64,000 nt of DNA. It comes from an uncultured delta proteobacterium (GTDB lineage Bacteria > Desulfobacterota > Syntrophia > Syntrophales > Smithellaceae). Both the position numbers and the translations under genes were made by a program. Each line of letters opens with the position of its first letter. Position 1 is the first letter of the stretch. Positions 1 to 11,100 of this stretch are shown one piece after another. The stretch spans positions 1,429,859 to 1,493,858 of the forward strand of contig CAWEQT010000001.1 in NCBI GenBank assembly GCA_963811325.1, in the 5' to 3' direction. Below the pieces are notes generated by a model, which was not told the DNA's origin, did not search any database, and saw only the letters and a list, made by a program, of their open reading frames with translations.

Positions 1-1530
1 AATGCCGCCAAATAATTTTTTATTTTGACCGGCCATGGCATAACCAAGCTTAATTCTGTCCAGCCCCGCGCTCCAGGTATTCTGATCAAATTCCGGCAAA
101 CCAAACTCTTGACGATGAGCGGCATCCAGACCCCACTTGATATTTGTTTCTCCTATCCAGTGACGAATTAAATTAAGATTAAAACCGCTAATTCCGAATT
201 TAGCGCTGATAGCCGGATTTTCCAAGAGAGACAAAACCTCCGCCACGGTAAAACGGCTCGCGACGATACTCAAAAGGGCAAAAAAATCTTTGAAAATGAC
301 GCTGCCGGAAGAAATGCCGCGATCGGCAATAGTATAGGGAATTGCAGGCAGACGTGATTCAAACACGGCTTCAATATAAGGTGTATATGCTTCAATAGAA
401 GGAGTCATAACCAGAATATCTTTAGGCAAAAGCTTACTGTTTTCTTCAAACAGAGAAAGCAGTGTATCATGCAAGGCTTCAACTTCCCGCAATGGACTAT
501 GGCATGAATGAATCTGAATGGATCTGTCATCTCCCGCAATCGTTATTGGCGGCAGGTTATCTTTGCCCCTATCATGCAAATAATAAATATCGGATTGAAT
601 GGCTGTAAGGACATTTTCAGTTTTCGGTTCAACAAACAAATCTTCGCTTTGGGCCGACAGATTGGCAATAAGACGGAAAAAATCTCGTCCGGCCGTTCCC
701 AACGAAGCCAGAAGAGCATTGCCCTTATCCAGATGAAACCATTTTTCTTCGATATTTTCAACTGATGGCGGCATCTGCCGCATTGCCCAGCTTATTTCGC
801 GTTCTGATTTTATATCCGCCCAGAATTCCTGTGAAGGATTTAAATAAAACAAATTAACTTCTATTTGCCGTGAAAGTTCGTGAAATATTTGTAAATGATA
901 ATTTGGCAGATAAGAAATACCGAATATTGTTACCCGTTGCGGCAGGATAGAATCAGATAGCGGCCCGTTTTCAGCCTTTTCCACAAATAGCTGTTGTAGT
1001 CTCGCCTTGTGCATTTTGCTCTGATTCGCGTTAATTTCTAACCAGAGTTGCGCCTGCCATTTTTCCTGTTTGTTGATCTTCCCATTTTCCCAGGCCAAAA
1101 TCATTTCCGGACGGAAAATCAGATACTGGTCATAAAGATTAGCAATCCGCCTCGATAGCTGGTAAAGTTTTAATTGATCCGGTTTCTCGCCTAAATAATT
1201 ACGGACGGTGTCAAAATCTTTTTTACCTTTAAGCGAAGGCAGGATTTCCATTATCTTCCAGGCAAGGACATCCTCTTCATAAAACAAATCGGGCTTGTAT
1301 TCCGGTACAAACGCGCTAAATACTTCTTCAATAAAATTATTGGGAAAAGGGAAACGGCAATTGGCGCAAATACCCATAATTTGCGCCAATTGCAGAGACA
1401 GCCATTTTTCCATGCCCTTGCTTTGTACAATTATTGTTTCAGTCGTGAGCGGCGAGCGCAGAGGCGATTTTAATTTTTCCGCCAATCGCGCCGCTAGAAC
1501 TTCTAATTTATTGCTGACAAAAAGCTTCAT
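1..1530 (-). CDS. recC: Exodeoxyribonuclease V gamma subunit RecC, N-terminal ~510 codons (gene runs off the left edge of the window)
   Basis: The minus-strand frame is open from 1530 to position 1, so it is absent from the ORF track. The ATG is the complement of 1528-1530. The translation MKLFVSNKLEVLAARLAEKLKSPLRSPLTTETIIVQSKGMEKWLSLQLAQ... has the RecC N-terminal pattern. GLDRIKLGYAMAGQ near position 60 matches the conserved RecC GLxRxLLGYAM segment as I recall it. Confidence 0.8.
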   Translation of the reverse strand, partial: MKLFVSNKLEVLAARLAEKLKSPLRSPLTTETIIVQSKGMEKWLSLQLAQIMGICANCRFPFPNNFIEEVFSAFVPEYKPDLFYEEDVLAWKIMEILPSLKGKKDFDTVRNYLGEKPDQLKLYQLSRRIANLYDQYLIFRPEMILAWENGKINKQEKWQAQLWLEINANQSKMHKARLQQLFVEKAENGPLSDSILPQRVTIFGISYLPNYHLQIFHELSRQIEVNLFYLNPSQEFWADIKSEREISWAMRQMPPSVENIEEKWFHLDKGNALLASLGTAGRDFFRLIANLSAQSEDLFVEPKTENVLTAIQSDIYYLHDRGKDNLPPITIAGDDRSIQIHSCHSPLREVEALHDTLLSLFEENSKLLPKDILVMTPSIEAYTPYIEAVFESRLPAIPYTIADRGISSGSVIFKDFFALLSIVASRFTVAEVLSLLENPAISAKFGISGFNLNLIRHWIGETNIKWGLDAAHRQEFGLPEFDQNTWSAGLDRIKLGYAMAGQNKKLFGGI

Positions 1531-1627
1531 TCTCAATTACCCGATTTGTTTTAAAATGTTTAAAATTAATAGCATAATTTTTAAAATATGGTAACAAGGA
1601 GAAAAAATATTTTTCTTTAAGTCAATT

Positions 1628-2572
1628 ATGAAATATTTTATTAATTCAACCGCAGATTATCATCAACACGACTTAAATTCGTTGGGATGGGAACTTACTG
1701 TCTGTAATTCTCTGGAACCAGTCAATAGCCCCTGTCGCCGAGCGCTGACTTCGCCCTATTCTTTTGGTCAACATCTTTATAATTTTCTAAAGGAAATAAT
1801 TCCCTTTGATGAAATCCGGGACATCCTGGAAATAGGCGGCGGCATGGGTTATTTAATGCGCGATCTTCTTGTCTTAAACCCGCAATTGCGGGCACAGATG
1901 ATTGATATTTCCCCTTATCTTCTTGCTAAACAAAAAGAAACACTACAGTCATTTGATGTTGATTTCGAACTTACTGACATTCTGGAGGTTCCATCAAAAG
2001 CATTGTCTGACTTCGATCTGGTTATCATGAACGAAAATCTGGGCGACCTGCCGACTCTTGTAGCCGAGCGAGGGAAGAAAAATAATTCCGCCTCCAATAT
2101 CGCCTGTATTCCGGAAAGATTGGAATGTTTCAATAAGAAATATAATTTGCCGCTGGGATTAAATGAAAATGAACACATCAATATCGGCTCTATAGAAATA
2201 GTGGAAAGACTCTGTTTAGCCGGAATCAAATATATTTATTTAAGCGAACATAGTTGCGAAGCGTTTGTTCCTGAACAGATTAAGCCTTATGTATCCTTTC
2301 GATCTTGCGGCATTCCGGAAATAATTTCTCTGAAAGGCCATAAAGAATTTACTGTTAAATTCTCTTATTTGCAGAAAATTGCTGAAAAGTTAAATTATAA
2401 AACACGACGCGGCGCTTTTGCCGATTTTCTTCCTTTGAATTTTAACGACAAAGTAAAGACCGCACTGAGACTCATAACGCCGTTTAATGATGAGCAGGAA
2501 ATTATCCGTCAGTTTGTTTATGATCTTTACAAATACGAATATTTAATTTTAATCAAGTATGATGAAAAATGA
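1628..2572 (+). CDS. Class I SAM-dependent methyltransferase, MidA/DUF185-like
   Basis: 314-aa ORF. Motif I reads ILEIGGGMGYLMRDLL. The downstream MNENLGDLP resembles the ANEFxDALP motif of the MidA/NDUFAF7 family. No convincing SD lies close to the ATG. Confidence 0.5.
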   Translation: MKYFINSTADYHQHDLNSLGWELTVCNSLEPVNSPCRRALTSPYSFGQHLYNFLKEIIPFDEIRDILEIGGGMGYLMRDLLVLNPQLRAQMIDISPYLLAKQKETLQSFDVDFELTDILEVPSKALSDFDLVIMNENLGDLPTLVAERGKKNNSASNIACIPERLECFNKKYNLPLGLNENEHINIGSIEIVERLCLAGIKYIYLSEHSCEAFVPEQIKPYVSFRSCGIPEIISLKGHKEFTVKFSYLQKIAEKLNYKTRRGAFADFLPLNFNDKVKTALRLITPFNDEQEIIRQFVYDLYKYEYLILIKYDEK

Positions 2573-2885
2573 AAACGAACGACAAATCAAATTGCAAGGG
2601 GAAATAAATTACCTGCATTGCGCAGGTATAGCCGTGGCCTACAGCATGGCGTTAATTTGATTAATTGTCTTGGCCAACGCCGCAATCATGTGTTAACTTC
2701 TTTCTAACCGTTATGGGCTGGAGTCAGCATTTGACATAAACCGCCGGAAAGAGTAGATTACCTTTCATAACGAATTGCCTCGAATAAAACGTTACCGAAG
2801 GAGATAAATAAAAGTGACGGTTGAGAAAGTTTAACGTTAGTTGTTAATTGTAATAACAAAGAAAAAAATATGAGGGGTATCCATC

Positions 2886-3095
2886 ATGTTTGAGGGTTTA
2901 TTAAGACCAATGCATATTTTGGTGATTTTGGGGATAGTTTTGATCATTTTCGGTCCTGGCAAACTTTCTGAGATTGGAAGTTCTCTGGGTAAGTCTATTC
3001 GTGGCTTTAAGAACGCCATGAAAGAGCCGGAAGATGCAATAAAAAACGTTGCGGATAAAGTAAAAAGCGAAATTAAGAATATAGATAAGAAGTAA
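2886..3095 (+). CDS. tatA: Twin-arginine translocase subunit TatA/E
   Basis: 69 aa. An N-terminal TM helix is followed by an amphipathic helix: HILVILGIVLIIFGPGKLSEIGSSLGKSIRGFKNAMKE, the typical TatA signature FG..KL..lG..lG..i+gFK. Confidence 0.85.
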   Translation: MFEGLLRPMHILVILGIVLIIFGPGKLSEIGSSLGKSIRGFKNAMKEPEDAIKNVADKVKSEIKNIDKK

Positions 3096-3239
3096 CAAAG
3101 TCTATAATCATTAACTGTCCGAAACTATATTTGAGATGACAGTGGCCGCTCTGTAACTTCCTGTTATTAATAGGGATCAAATTATCGCAGATAACGATGT
3201 TCAGCTATTTATTGATAGATGATAAAAGGAGATACGTAA

Positions 3240-3881
3240 GTGAAAATTCGCTATAGCTTGTTGATATTCATTTTGTCGGTATTACTAATAATAGCCGGTT
3301 GTGCTGATAATAAAACCATAAACCGCCTCAATGCTAATAAATGGTTTGAAACAGGCCGACAGGCTGGCATCGCTAATCGCTGGAACGAAGCAATAGATGC
3401 ATTTAATAAAGCCATTGAACTCAACCCTAAATATGCAGCAGCCTACTATAACCGTGGGTTTGCTTATGGTAGTCTTAGCAACTACAAACAGGCGATTTCA
3501 GATTACAACAAGACCATTGAGCTAAACCCCAGGCATGCACTTGCCTATTATAACCGTGGAGCCGCTTATTATTATCTTGGCAGCTACAATCAGGCAATTG
3601 CGGATTACGACAAAGCCATTGAACTAAACCTAAAAGATGCAGCGGTATATTATAACCGCGGAGCTGCCTATTATTCTCTTGGCAAACATAATCTGGCAAT
3701 TGAGGATTATAATAAAGCCATTGAACTAAATCCAAAATCTGCAGCGGTATATGTTAACAGGGGAGTTACCTATTATAAACTGGGTAATATGCAACAGGCA
3801 TTAAACGATTACAAGGTAGCTGCAAGATTAGGCGATAAAAATGCACAGGATTATTTAAGAAACAAAGGGATTGTTTGGTAA
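3240..3881 (+). CDS. TPR-repeat lipoprotein
   Basis: GTG start lies 8 nt after AAAGGAG. The signal peptide has a lipobox (LLIIAGC). At least five tandem 34-aa TPR units follow (AIELNPKxAxAYYNRGxAYxxLGxYxxAIxDYxK). Confidence 0.85.
   Translation: MKIRYSLLIFILSVLLIIAGCADNKTINRLNANKWFETGRQAGIANRWNEAIDAFNKAIELNPKYAAAYYNRGFAYGSLSNYKQAISDYNKTIELNPRHALAYYNRGAAYYYLGSYNQAIADYDKAIELNLKDAAVYYNRGAAYYSLGKHNLAIEDYNKAIELNPKSAAVYVNRGVTYYKLGNMQQALNDYKVAARLGDKNAQDYLRNKGIVW
3413..3820 (+). repeat. Four tandem ~102-bp units encoding the TPR motifs
   Basis: The unit cattgaac/gctaaa(c/t)c...tataaccg(t/c)gg... recurs with a 102-nt period. By eye the units are roughly 70-80% identical at the DNA level. The repeat lies entirely inside the CDS. 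Confidence 0.7.
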
Positions 3882-4075
3882 ATCATTTTTTCTCTTGGCA
3901 ATCCTTAATTTTATAAATATTAAAAAATATATATTCGTAAGAGTTTTCAACAAACAGGACAATACTTAATTGGGTTCTGTGGAGTTTTTAAAAAACTCTT
4001 AATGAATGTTTTCAATTATGATTGCGCCTCTCTTGTGGGAATGCGCATCCGGTCAACAGCTCCACTGTTTTTTCT

Positions 4076-4777
4076 CTATTTACCGTTTTTTATCAACATT
4101 GTCGCCGGATCAAGGAGCAAACTGTCTTGCGTGGAATCCGTTGATTTTCCCTTGAGAGATTTAATATACACTTCATCGCCTTTTACCGCCAACTGAACAA
4201 TAACATCGAATAAATCCGCCACGTGCAGAAAAGAAAGAGGCAAGCCGTTTTCCTGCGGCGGTTCATGGCGATGCGTATGGACGGTAAACCAGACGCTCAT
4301 TGAATATTTCCGCGCCAGTTCTTTTAATTGCACGAGCTGTCCGCGGCCCGCATCATCAAATTTAAACCCGTCAATAATTACCATATGCGGCTTGAAAATA
4401 TTCTGTTGCAGTAAATCGGTTAAACGCTCTTCCAGCTTCGGCGCGCTGAAACCTTCCACCTTGAAAGTCATTATAAAACGATAAGGCTGTATTTTTTCCC
4501 AATAATCATTAACTTCAGCAATACCGCAATTCGCGGCAATATCATGAAACAGTTCCTGATACCAGACGTCAACTTTGCTCACCGCATCGTTCAGACTTAC
4601 ATGCAGTACGGAATTTTCGCGCAACATCATATTCAAGGAAACCTGCACAAGCAATGCTGTTTTGCCTACTCCGGCATAAGCCAGAACTGCGCCAAAACCT
4701 CCGTTGGGCAAAATATCCTCGTTTTCATAACCAAGATTGATGAGCGGATTACGATAAATCATTTCTTTTTTTATCAT
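4076..4777 (-). CDS. RecA-superfamily / KaiC-like P-loop ATPase, function unknown
   Basis: 233 aa. Walker A-like LAYAGVGKTALLVQ and Walker B-like hydrophobic strand MVIIDGF are present. The size and layout match a single KaiC/RAD55-type domain. An AAGGA SD lies 7 nt upstream of the ATG. Confidence 0.5.
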   Translation of the reverse strand: MIKKEMIYRNPLINLGYENEDILPNGGFGAVLAYAGVGKTALLVQVSLNMMLRENSVLHVSLNDAVSKVDVWYQELFHDIAANCGIAEVNDYWEKIQPYRFIMTFKVEGFSAPKLEERLTDLLQQNIFKPHMVIIDGFKFDDAGRGQLVQLKELARKYSMSVWFTVHTHRHEPPQENGLPLSFLHVADLFDVIVQLAVKGDEVYIKSLKGKSTDSTQDSLLLDPATMLIKNGK

Positions 4778-4843
4778 GATAATATCCTTATAAGTTAAAT
4801 GAATAACATTTTTTCTCTTTTTACGAACAACGCATCTCGTTAA

Positions 4844-6931
4844 CTAGGCGGCTGATTTCTTATTTTCAGCCGCTTCCAGCGCGATCTTTTCCGCGATTGA
4901 CTGCGGAACCTGCCGGTAAATGGCAAATTCCATTGTGAACTGCGCTTTCCCCTGAGTGGCTGAACGCAGGATGGTTGAAAATCCAAACATTTCCGCCAGC
5001 GGCACCTGCGCTTCGATCACGCACATGACATCTTCATCCTGGGAACCGATAATCATGCCACGGCGCTGATTTAAAAGCCCCATTACCGGACCTTGAAACT
5101 CCACAGGAGTTTCCACAACTACCTTCATTATTGGTTCATGAATAACCGGCTTTGCCCGCAGATATGCTTCCTTGAACGCGCCGCGAGCCGCCGCCTGAAA
5201 GGCCATATCTGAAGAATCCACAGCGTGTGAAGCGCCATCATTAATGACTACCTTAACGCCGGTAACCGGAAACTCCAGCTTCGGCCCCTTGGCCATGCTT
5301 TGCTTAAATCCCTTTTCGCAGGCGGAAATATATTGAGTGGGAATTGCGCCGCCGAAAATTTTATTTTCAAAAATAAATTCGGTATCACTGATTGGCTCAA
5401 GATAACCGGCAATGCGGCCGAACTGACCGGCGCCACCGGTTTGTTTTTTATGGGTATAATTGAAATCGGCGCGCTGTGTAATCGTTTCGCGATAAGCGAC
5501 ACGCGGTTTTCCTGTCGTAACATCAGCGCCATATTCCCGTCGCATTCTTTCCACATAAATATCCAGATGCAGCTCGCCCATGCCTTCAATAATCGTGTCA
5601 TTGGTTTCGGCATCAACAAAAGTTTTAAAAGTCGGATCTTCCTTGGAAAATCTATTCAAAGCTTTGGCCATAGCCAACTGCGATTTGTTGTCTATAGGTA
5701 CGATCGCGAGCGATATGACCGGTTTGGGCACATACATTGAAATCATTGTCAAATTTATTCCCGGAGAGGTGAACGTATCTCCGGAAGAACATTCAATTCC
5801 AAATAATGCACCTATGTACCCGGCTCTCAGATATTCGACATCTTCCATTTGCTCGGCGTGCATTCGCACAACACGGCCAACCTTAACTTTTTTACCATTG
5901 CGAATATTGACAATTGTTGAACCCTTCGCCAGCGTTCCCTGATAAACGCGAATATAGGTTAATTGCCCGTACTGGCCATCTTCCAATTTAAAGACCAAAG
6001 CGACAATTGGTTTTTCCGGATCACTGTCCAGCACAACTATTTCCTCGTTCTTGTCCATATCCATCGCCACATTTTCTATCTCGGAAGGACAGGGCAAAAG
6101 ATAATTTACACCATCGAGCAATGGCTGTATGCCTTTGTTTTTATACGCTGAGCCCATATAAACAGGCGTTATTTCTCTTTCCAATGTACCTTTGCGTAGC
6201 GCCGCGTAAATTAATTCAGAAGTTATTTCGCGTTCATTGAGAATTGCATCCGTCAACTCATCGGAAAATAACGAAGCGGCATCAATCAATTCCTCCCTTT
6301 TCGCTTTGGCTTCTGCCAGAAGGTTTTGCGGAATTTCCGCCTCGCGGACAATTTCACCATTATCGCCATCAAAATAAAGCGCCTTCATGCCAACTAAATC
6401 AACAACACCTTCGGCTTCATTTTCCAGACCAATGGGAATCTGCATGGCCACGGCATTGTGTCCCAGCTTTGTTCTTAACTGGCTGATTACACGTAAAGGA
6501 TTGGCGCCACTGCGGTCGCATTTATTAATAAAGGCGATGCACGGAACTTTATATCTTTTCATCTGCCGGTCAACTGTGATGGATTGCGACTGAACGCCGC
6601 CCACGGAGCATAAAACGAGAATAGCGCCGTCCAGAACACGGAGCGATCTTTCCACTTCTATGGTAAAATCAACATGTCCCGGAGTGTCTATTATATTTAT
6701 CTCATGGCCTTCCCATTCACAATATGTGGCTGCCGAAGCTATGGTAATCCCACGTTCCTTTTCCAGTTCCATGGAATCCATAGTGGCTCCGACGCCATCT
6801 TTTCCCTTTACATCATGAATGGCATGAATTCTTTTCGTATAGTAAAGAATTCTCTCAGTAAGCGTTGTTTTTCCGGAATCTATATGGGCGCTTATACCGA
6901 TGTTGCGTAGTTTTTGATCTTCAATCTTCAT
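4844..6931 (-). CDS. fusA: Elongation factor G (stand-alone paralogue, not in an rpsL-rpsG-fusA-tuf context)
   Basis: 695 aa. G1 is AHIDSGKTT and G3 is [12 protein letters not shown] and full EF-G domains II-V are present ([22 protein letters not shown]). Confidence 0.9.
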   Translation of the reverse strand: MKIEDQKLRNIGISAHIDSGKTTLTERILYYTKRIHAIHDVKGKDGVGATMDSMELEKERGITIASAATYCEWEGHEINIIDTPGHVDFTIEVERSLRVLDGAILVLCSVGGVQSQSITVDRQMKRYKVPCIAFINKCDRSGANPLRVISQLRTKLGHNAVAMQIPIGLENEAEGVVDLVGMKALYFDGDNGEIVREAEIPQNLLAEAKAKREELIDAASLFSDELTDAILNEREITSELIYAALRKGTLEREITPVYMGSAYKNKGIQPLLDGVNYLLPCPSEIENVAMDMDKNEEIVVLDSDPEKPIVALVFKLEDGQYGQLTYIRVYQGTLAKGSTIVNIRNGKKVKVGRVVRMHAEQMEDVEYLRAGYIGALFGIECSSGDTFTSPGINLTMISMYVPKPVISLAIVPIDNKSQLAMAKALNRFSKEDPTFKTFVDAETNDTIIEGMGELHLDIYVERMRREYGADVTTGKPRVAYRETITQRADFNYTHKKQTGGAGQFGRIAGYLEPISDTEFIFENKIFGGAIPTQYISACEKGFKQSMAKGPKLEFPVTGVKVVINDGASHAVDSSDMAFQAAARGAFKEAYLRAKPVIHEPIMKVVVETPVEFQGPVMGLLNQRRGMIIGSQDEDVMCVIEAQVPLAEMFGFSTILRSATQGKAQFTMEFAIYRQVPQSIAEKIALEAAENKKSAA

Positions 6932-7164
6932 TACCTTTTCCCTTTTTTCTATTTCTTATATAAAACAGAAAACCCCACACTTGTTAGAATCTCTGCAAGA
7001 TGGGGTATCCACCGTAAATCAGCATTTTTGTGAGGTGGGCTTAATACATGTTGCTTTGCAAGATGTCAAGTTAATATTTCATTACAAGAGTGCTTGTTTC
7101 TTACAGTTAAACGTGCTAATCATAAACGCAGCATAATTATTTGAATTATAAAGGAGTTTTAATT

Positions 7165-8130
7165 TTGGAAGAAATAATGCCCGGTCTGTGCCGGATTATA
7201 ATACCACTGCCCAACAGTCCGCTGAAAGACCTCAACTCGTACGTTATCAAATCCGACGACCGGAACCTGATTATTGACACTGGATTCAACCGCAGTGTCT
7301 GTTTTGAGGCCATGCAGGAAGGTCTGCATGCTCTTGACATTAATTTATCCAAAACAGATTTCATGCTTACCCATATGCATTCTGACCACATCGGGCTTGT
7401 TTCCAGACTGGCTACAGATACCAGCGCCGTCTACTTCAGCAGAATTGACGCCAGAATCTTCGACAGAAACATTAACTGGCAGCCAATGATAGATTACGCG
7501 GTAAGCAACGGCTTCCAACTGGAAGAAATTATGAAGGCCATGAAAAATCACCCCGGAATAAAGTACAGCCCGAAGACAATCCCCGAATTCAGCCTGCTTG
7601 ACGACGGCGACATTATTCAGATCGGCGACTACCGCCTTAAATGCCTGCTGACACCCGGACATACAGAAGGACATATCTGCCTTTACGATGAAAAGAAAAA
7701 AATACTGTTTTCCGGCGACCATGTTCTTTATGACATAACACCGCATATCGAATCATGGTCGTATGAGGTCAATTCTCTTAAAAACTATCTGGAGAGTCTG
7801 GACCAGATCAGAAATTTACCCGTCAACATTGTCCTTCCCGGACACCGCAATTTCTTCATCGATCTTGCGGGAAGAATCGATGAATTAAAAAAACATCATG
7901 AAATTAGAGCTAATGAAGTTCTTGAAGTTTTAGACAAAAAAACAATGAGCGCTTATGATATTGCCGCGGGAATGACCTGGGATATTGATTGTGAAAATTG
8001 GGAGCAATTCCCCATCGCCCAGAAATGGTTTGCCACCGGCGAAGCCATCGCCCATCTGCGCTACCTTGAAGGAGAAGAAAGAATTAAAAGACATAAAGGA
8101 GAGAAAACCGACACCTTCTCGGCGCAATAA
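7165..8130 (+). CDS. MBL-fold metallo-hydrolase with C-terminal winged-helix-like extension
   Basis: HxHxDH motif (THMHSDHIG), plus later TPGHTEGH and a GD motif. The track ORF starts at TTG 7141. The in-frame TTG at 7165 lies 8 nt after AAGGAG (7151-7156) and is the better start. ATG 7177 is an alternative. Confidence 0.8.
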   Translation: MEEIMPGLCRIIIPLPNSPLKDLNSYVIKSDDRNLIIDTGFNRSVCFEAMQEGLHALDINLSKTDFMLTHMHSDHIGLVSRLATDTSAVYFSRIDARIFDRNINWQPMIDYAVSNGFQLEEIMKAMKNHPGIKYSPKTIPEFSLLDDGDIIQIGDYRLKCLLTPGHTEGHICLYDEKKKILFSGDHVLYDITPHIESWSYEVNSLKNYLESLDQIRNLPVNIVLPGHRNFFIDLAGRIDELKKHHEIRANEVLEVLDKKTMSAYDIAAGMTWDIDCENWEQFPIAQKWFATGEAIAHLRYLEGEERIKRHKGEKTDTFSAQ

Positions 8131-8167
8131 AACGGAAAATTAGAATACAAAATCGTCATTTTCGAAT

Positions 8168-11100
8168 CTATTTTGTTTTGCCCCTGAGATAGTCAATCAT
8201 CGGCTGTGTGACCAGCGGCACAACATCAACAATCATGTGCGGCATCAGGTTGTCCATCACTTTAGGCATCAGCTCCGGCATCTGTTCTCGCATGTAATCG
8301 GGCATGGCAATCTGCGCGGTAACTCTTTCGAGCATAACCGGCATGACCTTCGGCATCATCAGAGGCAACAGTATCGGAAATAAAACCGGAAACATGGGTT
8401 TCATTACGGTCAGTGCACCGGGTATTTTCCCCATGGCTTTCATCATCGGCCCCATACCGAAAGGCATAGCGTCAATCAACTGCGGCCACATGGTACCCAT
8501 CAGATTGGCAAAACCCTGTGGTGTCATCAAAGATATAAAAGCATCAAAAACTCCCCATTGGCTGTGCACATCCGGATTGGGATCGGGAAAATCATAACCC
8601 AGTGCGTTTCCGGCAAAGTGCGCCAGATCGACAATCTCCAGCGGCATATTTTTCTTTTTTGCCGTGATGCGCAATTGCACCTGACAGCAAGGACAAAGGG
8701 CAAGAACTTTTTGAGCTCCGTTTTCTATTGCATCATCGAGCCTGGTTTTGCCAATATCGGCGGCGACAGGCGGATCTTTAATCAAGGTCAGCACACTGCC
8801 GCAGCAGTGCCCTTTTTCCCTGTTATGTTCCATTTCCACAAAATTGACATTGGGAATCGCCTTGATCATATCACGCGGTGGTTCATATACACCGGAGGCC
8901 CTTCCGATATGGCAGGAGTCATGCCACGTTACTGTAACCGGTTTCATATTATTCGCTGGAAATACAAATTCACCTGACTTGATTTTCTCGGCAACCACTT
9001 CCGAATAATGTCTGGCTTTTATATTGTATTCTATGCCCAGCTTTTTCGCCCATTCTGGATAAACATTACGCCACATCATATCGCAGGCCGGACATGACGA
9101 AATGACCGTGTCGGCGCCGGAGTGTTTTACCACCTCGATATTTTTCCGCATGACGTCGGCAAAAAGATCCCACTTCCCTGCCACAAGCATCGGCGTGCCG
9201 CAGCAGTTCTCGGGGTTTCCGGCATAAGTAAAATCCACACCCGCTTTATCGAGCAAGCGGACAGCGGCTATGGCAATATCGTACTCCACATAGCTTGCCG
9301 TGCATCCGGCAAAATAAACTGCCGGCGCTTTATGGCCGGGACCATGTTTTTCCTTAAGGTCTTTCGGAAACCACTCTGCCCTGTTTTTGCGGTAACCGGC
9401 CCAGATGTTGCCTTCAGAACGCAGCGCTTCGGCCATCATTTCAAAAGGCGGGAAGGTCATCCGCTTTTCCTGATTAATCAGCTTGCCTCTAAGTTTCATC
9501 CAGGCTGGCTCTATGGGAAGAGCCGCGGAACAACGCAAATTACATAGCTCGCAGGTTGTACAAACAAGGAAAGTATCAATCTGCGCCTGAGTCCATTTCG
9601 CTCTTCCTTCCAAATATTCCCGCAGCCAGTACCATTTGCCTCGCGGACTCTGACTTTCCCAGCCGCGGCCATAAAACTGATCGCATTCTTCCACGCAATA
9701 ACCGCACTGCGAGCAGCTATAGGCGTACCAGACAACATCCGCCGGAATATCATTCAATGGATAACTTTTTCTCTCCCCGATATGCGTGATAACATAATTA
9801 CCGAAGGGCCTGATAAGTGGTTCCATAACGGCGCCGATACTAACGGCGCTGTCCATGACACTGTATCCGATTACTTTTCCGGGATTGAATATGCCCTTGT
9901 CGTCTATTTGATTCTTAAAAGCTTTCATCCTGGCTAAGCGATCTTTACCCAGTACTTTCTTGGCTTTGGACTTAAAGTATAAGCCTGTAGAATAAGCGCG
10001 TCCGCCATTGGATTCGGCAATTTTCATGACAGACAAAGAAAGGCTGAACACAAGATTGTAGCTGAACTTGCGTTGATCGGCGGGAATAAAGCCCAGAATA
10101 ACGACTTCCGGTTTCCCGTCTTTCCCCTTGCGGATAACGGTTCCTTCCTTAACTATTGGCTGGTTGATTTTGTTTTCAATTTCTGCCATAAAACGGCCTA
10201 ACTTCGATAAAGGTATAACAACTTCAGCCGGTACAAGGCTCGGGCCAAGACGTTTTACGACCATGATCTTAAAACGGTTTTTCCATTCATGTTCCGCAAT
10301 GCGTTCGCTGAGTATTTCTCCCTGGCAACGGCGCAATATCTCCGTCAGCTTTTGCATAATTTGGGGCTTATCTTTTTTCCAAAAAGCCAAAGTGGCAATG
10401 TACGCGGCGGGAAGGAGAACCCTTTCTTCTATCGGATGTCCGTTATGTTCCATTAATGGTGAACGGTTTTTCATTTCCGCCATACGCGGGTTGATAAACA
10501 CCAATGACCATAAAGGCAGATCCGCTTTGATTATGTCTTCTACTATCCTTTGAAGGTCATTCGCGTCCGGACATCCGATGGCAACAATCTGCAGATCTCC
10601 TTTCGGCTGTATTTTCATGGTCAGATCAATAATAAAACCTGTTGTTCCTTCAGCATCAGCAATTAAATCCAGATTGGAGGTAATGAAAACACGAATGGAA
10701 CCATCAGGTAGAATTACACGCGCAGAAACTACATTTTCACGAAACCATCCGTATTGATAAGACCCAAAACCGGCACCGCCTTGAGCCAACCATCCGCCTA
10801 TGGTTGAACCGGGATAACTGGACGGATAAAGATTAACGGTGAGTCCATCTTTGGCCAGTGCTGCGTCAACTTTCTCCCATACAGCCCCAGCCTGGCATGT
10901 AACCGTTTGATTCTGCGGATCTATGGACAGGATGTGATTCATCCGGAAGAAATCAACAACGATGCCCTGCTTAACCGGAAGAACACCACCATAACCGGAA
11001 GAAGCTTTTGCCCTCGGCGTTAGAGCAATATTATTCTGCCTTGCCCAATTCACGAGATCAACCAGTTCCTCTTCATTTTGCGGCTGAACAACCGCGTCGG

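Noticed and set aside
508-1594. Track ORFs 508..765+, 543..761- and 1295..1594+
   Set aside because: All fall within the recC reading frame, which the track omits because it is open at the window edge. The RecC motifs leave no room for them.
3413-3820. Regular 102-bp repeats here and at 37709..37990 as a possible CRISPR or other array
   Set aside because: The period equals one 34-aa TPR unit. The repeats are contiguous with no unique spacers, lie in frame inside CDSs, and are only ~70-80% identical.
5248-6910. Nine track ORFs (5248..5619-, 5300..5740+, 5580..5942+, 5963..6151+, 6007..6240+, 6244..6486+, 6387..6593+, 6674..6910+) overlapping the EF-G gene
   Set aside because: All lie inside or antisense to a 695-aa ORF with unmistakable EF-G motifs. 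They have no SDs and odd compositions, so they are shadow ORFs.
4844-6931. Whether the stand-alone EF-G-like gene could be SelB, given the selenoprotein genes in the window
   Set aside because: The length (695 aa), the EF-G-specific domains IV/V ([14 protein letters not shown]) and the G' insertion fit EF-G. SelB lacks these and has C-terminal winged-helix domains instead.
8304-10553. Plus-strand ORFs inside the 8168..11239 FAD-oxidase/Fe-S gene
   Set aside because: They are antisense shadows of a long, motif-rich CDS with no independent support. The same reasoning applies to the antisense ORFs within the histidine kinase, lutB, nifS, CoADR and AlkP-family genes.
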